Positions 49,134 to 60,700 of a stretch of 64,000 nt of DNA are shown here, piece by piece. Where the stretch lies: contig NC_134028.1 of NCBI RefSeq assembly GCF_964204645.1, positions 6,262,001-6,326,000 of the forward strand, given 5' to 3'. The notes beneath the pieces were generated by a model. The model was not told where the DNA came from and made no database searches. It saw only the letters and a program-made list of their open reading frames with translations. The position numbers and the translations under genes were made by a program. The DNA is from Tubulanus polymorphus. Taxonomy: Eukaryota > Animalia > Nemertea. Numbering within the stretch: the first letter of the stretch is position 1; every line of letters begins with the position of its first letter.

Positions 49134-52100
49134 TCAAGACACGACGATACCGTTTTCCGGAATCAGTAAATAATTACAGATTGCGAAATAATGACACAGA
49201 GCACCGACGATGACGAAACAATGCCAGATGGCGTGCGCAAACGGGATGACTCCGTCGCATTTAAAAAATACAACTCCAGCCATGTAGACTATACCACCGC
49301 ACGCTACTTCGAACATTCCTGAAGTTTCATGCTGCAAAGATGAATACGGATAAGAAAATATGGCTGCAAATCAGCGATAATGGGTTTTCTGCTTTGCTAG
49401 TTTATATGAATGTATAATGAGGTATACAAAGGTTTCATTGAAATCAGTCATTATCAGTTCTACAAATACAGGGCCATACTTAATGGGGTCAGTTACCCCC
49501 CTAGAAATTTTGGAAAAGTTCCCCTTTTTACAAACATTATTGTGATTTCCAATAGAACTACCCTTTTGGGATTCTTTGAACCTCGCAATTCAAATGCTAA
49601 GTACAGCCCTGAATCTGGTTATTACGTCGGAGCGCCACTTAGGGGTCGACACATATTATACGCACGAGTCTACTAAGTTGAAATGAAATAAGTTTATTTA
49701 ACCTCACATAGGGGACAAGGCAATACTGTGGCAATCACAGATTTCTCAACTGGTGCTGATCCACCAGATGCTATAGCATATAAAGTCAATGTGACTTACC
49801 ATTGCAAACACTGCTATTGCAGGACTTATGGCGATGATTAAGTAGAATAATGTTTCCAACCATTTATACCTAAAATCAAAATGGCATCTATGTTAGATTT
49901 CGGTTATGTTCATTGTTTCTCTAATAAACTATGCCCAACACTTACTGTTCATGAAATGTGTATTGATACCAAATTCCAAAAGCCGCCATAAACCACACCA
50001 CGGCCAGCATTATTTTACCCCAAGAATCCATATTCTTCAAAGTCAACCTGAAAAAAGTTATTTACTTTAACTGAAGTAAAGAAAGCAGTGTCAAACTTAA
50101 CAGTGTCACTCTTAACCTCTCAAAGGGTGGCCACTTTAATTTTACTAGCTTTTTCCCCGACATGCGCGTTATTTTTCCTGACTTCATCTGCTAATCAAAT
50201 AACACAGTCAAATATGGAAGACGTACCGGGTAGACGAGAATTGTTTGATTTTACGCACGATCTAATGATCTGAACAATCTCAACAAATTTCCCCGAATAT
50301 TTCCTCATTTCTAACTTTTTTTAAAAAACAAAATACCCCGACTTTATTAACGAAAGAAATTTCCCTGACTTTTCCCTAATTTCCAGCTAAGAAGGCACCC
50401 AGTCTAAGATCACATCAGGCTGTGGTGCACGGTAGGAAAAGTAGCTAGGTGAAATGAAACGTGCTGGAAAGGATTGACATAGAAGACGGACTTACCATGG
50501 CGTATATGAAGCCGCTATAAACATGTATATGACGGCTCTGTCTCCGATGTGGAAGATATTCTTTAAGGCGCTGTAAAGAGCAGAATCGATCAAAATCTAA
50601 ACCGACAACCAAAAACAAGGGACGGCAAATTTGTAGCGAGCGCAGATTTCTCGGTACTTACTTGAATCGTCCGATATACGAGATAACGTGAAAGACAGTG
50701 GAAACGGTGAATAACGCCAGAGTGGCGAAACCATAAACCAGCACGATATACTTCTCGAATCCCGTATCAGCTAAATATAACAACCAAAACAATCCGGCCA
50801 TACTCGGTATTATCCATAACTATGAAATGAAAATAATGCCAAAAATGCAGCTCAAGGTTTTAAATAGTTAATAATAGTTGTATGACACTTGTTTTCTATA
50901 AATTAAATGGCTTCCCATCTGTATGGGTATACAATTTAAAGTTTTACTATTAGTTTTTAAAAGCATTTATTCATTGTCTTGCACCTTCTTACGTTAGTAA
51001 TTTACAGTCTCTTTATATCAAGGTCAGCTAGCAAGTTTCTCCTGTGTCATCAAAAACATTGCTTTACAGAAACAGAGCTTTTGCATGTGCTGCCTCTATT
51101 TCATGGAATGGATTACCCTTATAATCAGTTACTATTGATGATATCAATACTTTTAAATTTGGTCCCAAAACGTATCTATTCACCCGATATAATTCAAACT
51201 AATGTTTTAAATCCTACAGTATTTGGTGTTTTAATATATTATTTCAAATATTATGTTGTAAACTGCTTTGAAACTTATGTGTAAGGCAGTATAAAAGTTA
51301 AAAGGGCCTAATCATTTATCGTTATCAAAATAAATATTTCAGTACATCAAACAACACAATAGACTTGAATCCGACCACAAGGGTAAGCGTTTAGTTCAGA
51401 TGTCTTTTAAGATATTTTTCAGTATTAACAATCTAACTCGACTCAAATTTAGCTTACCCCATGAGTGACTACGTTAGCAATGTGTTCCACATCTGTAGGT
51501 TTATATGCTTGGCCAGCCATAGCACGACCGTTCATCAATCTGAAATAATATTTTAAGACCCTTTATGATGTTTTTCATGAAAATATTAGGATGGCAGGTC
51601 AAGAGTAAATTATCTTATTTTGAATATTAGGGCATAAAGTAAAACGGAACCTCCACACCTAAATCTTTGGAATAAATCTTTAGGGGGAGTACTTCGTGTA
51701 TTGCCTAACCCTTGCCCTTAGAAATATAGCATAGAAGCACAATACAGCAGAGAGGTGGCCCAAAATCTGCATTGTTAATACCATTGGTCGGTAAAATTGC
51801 AGATCTGCACCTCTCGTAAATGGTTCAATCAATTACATTAATTATCACAGTTTCAGAATCAAAATGTCATCAGCAATTCAGTACAATGGTTTATTTTATG
51901 GTATCTTCACTAGAAAGTAGATTTTTAGGTGCGATTTTGTCTCGAAATCGTCACGATTTTTGAACCAGACGCCATATTGGATGGGTAAATCTAAAGTGAA
52001 GATTTGTTTAGAATATTTGCCGAAACAATGTTTCATGAACTACTCATTTTTAGGAAGAAAAATTAGAATTTCTTGTCAATTTCAAGAAACATATTTGGCC

Positions 52101-53690
52101 AGAATTAATAACCCCTGTGACAGTTGACAAAATTGATTAGTTTTATGCACTGATTACCCTCACATCGTTTCAACAAATACCTTAGGCAAACGTTCACTTT
52201 AGATTCCCCAATACGATATGGCGTCACTATTGAAAGATCGTCCCTATTTTGATATAAAAACCGGGCAATAAATCTACTTTCTAGTGAGGATATCATAAAA
52301 TAAATCAATGATTGGATTCTGTGAGACATTCTGAAGCTAGAAGAGTGATTTATAATTCACTTGATTGCGTCAATCACGAGAGGTGCGGATCTGCACTTTA
52401 ACCCCATTGGTGGGTTGGTTGAGTATCCAATGCAGGAATTTATTTTAGGCCCCCACCCGCCCTATCAATCTGACAATCATGATTGAAATAGGTTTTTGGT
52501 CCGATTTTATCTCAAGATCTTGAATTGATTGAACTATTTACCAGAGGTGCGGATCTGCACTTTTACCAAATACTAAGAGTGATTTTTAGCAGCACAAGCC
52601 AGCAGCATGGGCATGGCCAGAGGCAGAGAGGGTCTCCTCACTCGTCTCAAACCAGAAAAGTCAGAGTCCGAATGTTTCAGATTCAGATTGCGAGGGAATC
52701 AATAAATAAATCACAGATGGCATTTACTTTCACAATTAATCACAACTCCAGAAACACAGCCACAGGTTAATGACAAGGCCGTCTGTTAGCGCATTGATTG
52801 CTGGGCTCTGCTTTAGTTTAAATCATCAATTAATTTAGAATAAATTGAACAATTTGAAAATTAACGTCAAAAGTTGAAAACGGAAAGTGGCGTAAGTTAC
52901 CACGTATTCAATTCAATTCAATTCAATTCAAACACGTGAACGCCTAGACGAAACGTCTACGTCCTGAAAGCAAACTGGCAGTCGAAACGTCCACACGGTA
53001 AAATTTATCCTACAAAAGTGCGAATAATCCGTAATCATGTAGGGTTTGGTTTAAAACAGTGATTGGACTATGAAGACACATGATGTACTGTCGTTTTGAA
53101 TTGCAAATTGCCGTAATTCTAGCCAGCAGCAGTGGTCCCGCCGACGGTCTAAGTTAAATCGGCGGCCGCGGGGGCTGGGGGTGGCCCATCAGCTTATATG
53201 ACGGAACGCGAAACTAGTAAACCACAAATAAGATTACTGACTACTAGACCGTAGAGTCGGGCCTCAACCGGGCGTCCTGTGATTTGTGAACTGTTTACCG
53301 GATTGATCTGGCCAGCTTCTCAAAACGCCTCGCCGCACTACTAGTAGCCGGACACGCCGATTCGCACTCCCGGGCACCTCACTGCTGGATCTGCCCTTGG
53401 AGTAATCATTTGACCAAATGATTACTCCAAGATCTGCCAAAATGCCGACGCCACTTAAGAAACTTTAGAGCATCACATGTTTTGCATGATTAAAAGAAAA
53501 TTCGAATTCATACGCCGGCCCGCGCTAATTAGCTACATATAAAATCACCCTGATTCATCGGTCGATCTACCCGTCACGAACCCCGGCGAATATGGCACCG
53601 GCCTGGATTAATATAAAACGTCAATTAATCAAAAACGTACCGAGATTTAGGTGGAGCAAACGTCATTCGCAATTTGTACAAATTAAACAT
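49134..53690 (-). CDS. MMD: Monocyte-to-macrophage differentiation factor (MMD/MMD2, PAQR11/10; hemolysin-III family 7TM protein)
   Basis: Exons on -: 53690-53641 (MFNLYKLRMTFAPPKSR; phase-compatible, less certain), 51539-51458 (LMNGRAMAGQAYKPTDVEHIANVVTHG), 50819-50662 (...LFTVSTVFH), 50570-50496 (FHIGDRAVIYMFIAASYTPW), 50047-49946, 49869-49800, 49331-49134 (FFKCDGVIPFAHAIWHCFV...TGA). The PAQR motifs ExxxNxxTH, SxxFH, D and HxxWH are present. Confidence 0.93.
50122..50402. mobile_element. hAT-like MITE family D (reverse orientation, in MMD intron)
   Basis: AAGGGTGGCCACTTTAATTTT...TTTCCCTGACTTTCCCTAATTTCCAG...GGCACCCAG. Confidence 0.65.
51795..52400. repeat. Long foldback (inverted repeat) element in the first MMD coding intron
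   Basis: Arms of about 240 bp each, e.g. GCAGATCTGCACCTCTCGT/ACGAGAGGTGCGGATCTGC, CACTAGAAAGTAGATTT/AAATCTACTTTCTAGTG, AATCTAAAGTGAA/TTCACTTTAGATT. Confidence 0.8.
52906..52930. repeat. (ATTCA)5 microsatellite
   Basis: Seen directly. Confidence 0.85.
53396..53431. mobile_element. 36-bp palindromic mini-transposon with 7-bp TSD
   Basis: CTTGGAGTAATCATTTG-AC-CAAATGATTACTCCAAG flanked by ATCTGCC (53389-53395 and 53432-53438). Confidence 0.7.
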
Positions 53691-54756
53691 GTTTGTAGGA
53701 GTGTATAACGACTGAATCACAGACGAGTATCAGTAGTAATCCGTATAGTGCGTTAATCCATTAATAGCGTTCCACGATAACATAACTACAAAGAATTAAG
53801 ACCAGAAAAAAACCTGATTCTTCGTTGCATGGCACTAAACGGCATGACCGGCAAATATCCAATTCGTTGAATAACTAATTCGCAAACAATCACGGCAATT
53901 CGCTAGTATGTCCGCATCAAAGCCGTATGAAACCCTAAGCTTGGGCGCTCACTTACTACCGTAAAATCGATTCAATCCGCGAGGATCGGAATTACTGCGG
54001 TTGCATTATATATATCTATTTCTATTCATCGTACGCAGAGAATCGAATGCAACGCTAGATTTAACTTCCTCGACGGTAACGCTGAAACCCGGCAGTTTAT
54101 TACAGTGCGCCGAGGCCGTACTGATGACTACTGCTTACACAGCGATGTACTGCCGCCGTCACTTCTCAGATCGATACCTTACGTTACGTCCACGCGCTGC
54201 GGCAGATGCTCGCTCTCTGAAAAACAAGTACATTGTGAGAGACTATCACGATGTACTCGTTTCATCTTGTCATATAATCGTGTCTATCTCGCGGGTGTGG
54301 CTCAAAATTCGTTCCAAGATCAATTTTTTTAAATAACAGAAGACTTGATCATATGAACCCGAAATACAGGAGAATTCTGGATGGCTAAAATGAAATGATG
54401 AATGTTTCTCCTAAAGGACATTTTTGTAAACAGCAATAAATTGTATCATGAGTTGAATTTCTAGCTGCCTATTTTTGGTTAGCTTGAAAAAGTTAACTAC
54501 AGGGAAGATAGACAAGCGACCGACTGGGTTAATTTCTAAGCTCATGAGAAATGAGGTGTATTTTTTTTTAGCCTAACCACTTGAATTTACAGTTTACTTT
54601 CCATCAACAAATCCTCTTTGCACCTCTGAAACGTAGGAAATTCAAGAAACAAAAACAATTTCTCAATTTATGACATAAACCTTCATTTTATTTCCCACTT
54701 TTAAAAGAGCTGACCAGACAGATTTTTCTCTTGAGATACCGACACACAGATGGCGA

Positions 54757-57700
54757 CTACTTTTCCTCATCGTCTGAAAAGAAATGAACCAAATTTGAAC
54801 ACGGGTATATCTTTGTGCATAGAATCAATATACAATCAATATGGAAGGGAGGCAACCTTAAACTAAGAATTCAATTATGCTAAATACAATCAATATCCAT
54901 TAAATCAATAAACGTTAGAAGTGGATAAATTGCATTATACAGGCGTGAGATAACCAGAGATGCTAGGGCCAAAGTACCAAAATTCCGGAATTTAGAACGG
55001 GGGTTCAGAAAAATTCTCCCCCAGGAAAAATTTTGCGTTTTTGCATCACCGGAGATGCAGTATCACGATCGGCATCTTTCATCTGAAAATACGACGGCAG
55101 GCATTCGTTGTGCTTCACATCCCTCGCTGCCTTCTTATGCCGCGCGCTATCCGGGTGACGAAGAATATCTTTTTTCCTGCCACTACCGTATTTGACCTGG
55201 TCTTTACAAACGACGCAGTACGCCACGCCAGCTAAGTCTAACTTACGAATGTAGTTCGATAAGTAGTCCCCGTTACTGTCCTTACACTCTAGCCAGTGCC
55301 AGTTAAATTTATTTTTTATACCGCTGTCAAGTGCCTTTATATCGGCCGACTGACAATCTTTCCGTGCGTGCTCATTTTGCAGACCGTCCCGCTTGACAGC
55401 TGCAGGCAAAAAGAAAGTTACAAAGCTGCGTGCCTCAGGACATAGCACGCGCATGGTTATAATTAAGATGATATTTATTAAATATCATCTTAATTATTAC
55501 CACGTGCATCTTCACATTGTTGGCCGTCAGCGGGACGATGTACAACGGCGCGTAAAGATAATTGGAAATGGCGTCACATCAGTGGCGCTCCACCTACGCA
55601 TGCACAGATACCACCACAAGCACACATATATACATTGTAGCAGAACATCCTCGGAAACGGAGACCAAGATAAAATAACACAGAAGCGACGACGAGTACAA
55701 GCAAACGAACGCTTTTTCGGTCCGTGCCATTACTGGTCGCCGCGAGGAATTCTCACCAAATTTCCGGAATTGACATCGGCGATCCTAAATTTCCGGATAT
55801 TTCCGGAAAACTAGCATCTCTGGATAACTATCTATACATAGATTTATTTGAATAACTTAGCTACGTGGCAGTGAGTAGAACAGATGACTGTCAGTGTGAA
55901 TATTTTACTGCTGTTATGGTGGGATGGGCAGATGCAGGGGCAGACTTTGACAGGAGCACCAAGAAATGAAAAGGGCATACAGTTAAAAAGGGCAAGTTTC
56001 CATGCAGAGCAAGTGCCAAGCCAAAAAGGGGTCTGAAAAATTTAGAAATTCTAGAGCATTTTCACAAAATTTCAAGGCACTTGAGTAAAATTGAAGAGAG
56101 TATAAGCCGAATCTTGTGCTGCAGACTGCTGCTGTCTTATTAGTTGCGGGTAAAAAAGTGCCATGAAAAATATTGCTATTGTCTTTTTAAAAGGGTACAG
56201 GAGAAGTGTGACGGTAGCACTCCGTATGCGCCCAGGGTGCTGAGAGATAGTACGGCAGTAATCAACCCCAGAATAATTGACGAAATTTCGAAAAGATTAG
56301 CCATCTTAGAAGACTGCTAGTATCATAAAATCTAACTGCTAACGATTTTAACACAAATCGATTTTAGTTAAAGTTAAGGCTACTTTATAGTCATCCGAAA
56401 TGCCATAACTACTATTTCATCCAGAGGGCAGATGTGTGGGTACAAGTGCAGGAAAATTGATCTTTTTCATGGATTCTGGACCCGCCTTGGCTGCGAGCGT
56501 AAGGGTGGTTTAGTGAATGCTTTGTCTCTAAAACCAATTTGTCTCTAAAACCAATTTCATTGTGAATAGAATGTATCTCACAAAGATTTTTTATCGAATT
56601 TCCAAGTTCGCTTCAAACTGGATCTATGATTAGTCGAACCTTTTACAAAGTCAAAAAGATTAAAGAAAACTGTTTTCAACGGTTAAACCGTAATGATTTT
56701 TTTTAAACTAGCAATTGCAGATGTATGCTAATTCATTTTCCATTATGTAACAGGCTGCCTACAGATCAGTCATTCCTGGATATAAACAGTTTTCAAAGAG
56801 TTTTTTTTTAAAGATCACAGGTATTTCATCACTTAATCCCAATTACAGAAGACCTAAATCGATACTGTTTTAATGATTTACTGAGATAATATCTCAGTAA
56901 ACCATTATTTGGCCGTTTTTAAGCAAATCTTTACCCTTGACACCACTAAACTCAGTTTCTAATTCGGTTACCACCCAATAGAGTAAAAAAAAGATCATGG
57001 TTGACTTTGTACTGATTTAGGCGTAGTCTAATGCACAACTTCTAAAGTATCTACCGTAATTGCGTAATTGAGTTTCGGGTATTTTATTCAAATTAAAGGA
57101 GTTTCAAGCACCTTTTAACCCTTTCAGTGCTGACTAATTTATACCCTATAGTGCTGGAGGTAATTTCAAAATTTTGAAAAATTCCACCCTAGTGTGTTGA
57201 ATAACGGGAATACCACTGTAGTGCGTCTACACCGCGGTGCAGTATATCGTTAGTTACTAATATTTCACTATGTTTGACAGGTGCTGCCATTTTTCAAGAG
57301 AGATAATTACCAATTACTAATTACATCAATACACAGCATTGCGGTGTAATTGCAAAATCTGTCACTGATTTATACACCGCACTGCGGTGTAGACGCACTG
57401 AAAGGGTTAAAAGTATTTTCTGTTTTGAAACAGAGGAATCAAGGAGCTGTAGGGACCCTGCACAAACACGCAAAAATCGTAAAAAAATGCGGACCACAGA
57501 AATCATTTTCATTAACGAGATAAATCATCAAGTAAAATCTTACCATCGTCGTCATCATCGTCGTCGTCATCATCATCGCTTTCATCTTCGTCACTGGTTT
57601 CAAAACTATTATCAGGGATTTTGTAGATGCGTATCACAGGCTACAAATAGCAACGAACATAACAATTAACTTCAACCCCATAAATCAATGAAGAGCCAAA

Positions 57701-60700
57701 TTAAGAATTTTCTAAATGAAAAGTTGTCCAATACAATTTATTACAAATTCAACAGATGAAATACTGTCCAAAATTAACATTAAGAATTTGTTTAATGAAA
57801 TTATCAGGTAAAGATCATAAAATCTTAGGTGCATTACCTTGTTAGGATCTTTGAGAATTAGGAATTTTCCTTCCTCTAATTTCATACACATGTCTACGAT
57901 ACAGCGCAATATACCCCAAGCATTATCCATGTTTAAATTAATCTGATTAGCGAATTCAGCCGGTTTGAATTGCTGCGTTCCGAGGATGACGTGTTTGGAC
58001 GAATCTCGGAAATGCTTTCTCGATACGTAACTAAAACGGAAAAATATCGAACGATGATAATCATCGTTATCTAAATCATACAGCACCATGGGGTACCGGC
58101 ACTCACCAGACGGCGCCACACAACGGTGGGTCATTCATAGTGAAAATCATTTTCAATGAAATTTGAACTGGATTTTAGGGCTTGCGAATACGAAAACGAG
58201 TCAAACAAGTCTTTAATCTCACTCAGTGTACGGTATTCATTTTACTAGAAGTTGACTAATTAAATTGACAAGTGGAAGAAATTGAAGAGTGCCACTAGCG
58301 ATCCTGGCAGAATCCTCGCTTGCCACTGTACCCCATTAAGTAGTACAACTGCACTGACTGCAGAACTTACCCAAATTTAATTTGATCGGAACCAGCGAGC
58401 AGTGAACATACAGTCCATTTCGCTAGTTTACAGCTATTGTTTTTCAGTTCAGTAGCTAAAACAGCTCCTCGCTGTGTATCGAGTTTAGCTCTCCAATCGA
58501 CTCCACCGCAATACTGTAAAATAAGAACAGTCATTCAGTTAAACTACCTCCTGTGTATCTATTAGGGGTGGGGGGCACTCACAGGTATGTCCATACATAG
58601 GGAGAAGTGTGGCCAATCATTTACCCCCTTCATGAATGAGTAAATATTTCACGAATGCCCCTATAGTGTGAATTGATTTCCACTATCAAAGTGGCCACTC
58701 TAATTTTTGCATTTTCTCTTGACTATTCTTTGACATGTAAGTTGTTTTATCACCCGCAAAAAGTCGGATATGTAACACGTAGACGGAAACCTTTTGGTTA
58801 TACGTACAATCTCAACAAATTTCTCTGATTCTTCACTTTTTTTTAATACAAAATTCCCCGACTATTCGCTTATTTCCAGGTAAGTGGCCACCCTGATAAT
58901 CATAGAATAGTTTTTGCACGAATTGATTTGGATAACTTGATCTTATATAGTTAGGGCCCAGTCTTATAGATAAATTTTAATCTTTAACGTTGAATGAACC
59001 GGAATCATATTAAGGATATAATACGACGCCAACTCCCAGGTTAGGGTTAACTCGTTAGAGGATAAGTCGACTTACCTTCGAATCCCAGTCGTTTAGCGAT
59101 TTAATATTGACGAATTGAAGTTCACCGTTGGGCCCGAGCATGACGGCGTCGTGTTCACATCGCACGACCATTTCGACACCGTTTCCTAAATCGAACTTGC
59201 GATACCTGTAGCCGACCGACGCCACGTCGCCGTCATCTTCCTCCTGGATGAACGGGTTCGTGTTGTCGAAACTGTACTTATCGGCATCTTCCGTCTGCAA
59301 ATTGAAAAATCGAAATACGAAATTGTAAATATTGAAAGCTTGAGAGAAACCCGAAGTCACCAGTGCCAAACAAACGTATTTTTTCGTCAAGGTAGATGCA
59401 ATTGCAAATACGTATCTAATAACTTTTGATTGAAGGGTGCACTGGGTTCAGTTTCACGATTAAGTTTTTACCACTAAATCAATCAATTTAGGATAAACGA
59501 AGAAATTAAATAGATTTACCAGTTAAAACTTTTCATGAAACTGGGCCCAGTTTGTAAGTAAAATACCCTAAACTCATTTGCCTCAGAAATGCTTACCGTT
59601 TTCAGCACTTGTTGTGAGAAATTGTGATTGATAAACGTAGCTTCCAAAGCTAGATTTCTCGGTGAATTGATACTGTTGCCTTCATCTTGAGGGGGTTCCG
59701 TAGCAGTTTCACTAACAGTCAACAAATCTACAAAGTTCAACGCAATCTGATTTGTCCGTTTTCTTCTTCACGAGAAAAATTTTTGATTCGATAGTAAAGC
59801 CGACTCGAAGAAAGCGATGCAAAGAACAACTTACCGAATTCAGAATTATCTCGTTTATCGAAGAATAGTTTACCACCGACGCGTTGAACGATGATATCCC
59901 ACGAGTAAACAGACCGCGTACAGCACATTAACGTAGCCAGTATCGCATCAGTAGCGAATACGTTACCGCATTTAGTTAGCTGCAGAAAATTTAATGACAT
60001 ATAACAATCAGCACTTATTCAACTACATGAATATGAAGATTTTTTATTCCCAAGATTTTTCATTTCCTTCTAGGATGAATCTTTTGGGACTACAGAACTG
60101 GCAGGAGAACCCTCAGAAATACAATGAATTGTTCTCAGTCATTTAAATTGGTGTGGTAAAATTTGCTGTATGCCCAGGCAGATGTTACTTGTCAACTTTT
60201 TTGATAAGTATAAAACTGTCGAGAACGACATGTGTTGGTGCTCTTATATGATTCGTTGATGTCTCTCTTATATGAATGGTTGCTGTTTCGCACCATGTGT
60301 ACTATTACTGTTACCCTATACTGTAGTAATAAAGTTAGATGCTGTTTCGATTCACAAAATACAACACGCTCGTCGACTTTGCTCCTTCGGATCTGGTCAA
60401 CTCTCTGTAGTGATAGTCACTCCATCACAGAAACCAAATTTTATTTCCTAATACTGTGGAACTGGTGTTGGAGAACGTTAAACTAATAGACTTAGTCTTA
60501 GTCGGGTTAAAATCGGAGAGGTATAATCTACTGTAGACCCAGGCAGCTGTTTTACTTCATTTTCGACTGGTAAATTCTGATATTTCTACTAGTACCGACG
60601 GTAGGTTGAGTGAACTAACCTGACGCACAACTGGGTCATCGGTGGTCGTTACTTTATGGAAAATACGATTAACGCGCAATAAATTTTTCCCAGTTTTCGT

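Noticed and set aside
52930-53000. Third hammerhead (GTCGAAACGTC after ATTCA repeats)
   Set aside because: There is no clean CUGANGA core or stem II; at most a decayed remnant.
57487-57669. His/Arg-rich ORF on +
   Set aside because: It is the antisense of the eIF3d Asp-rich exon.
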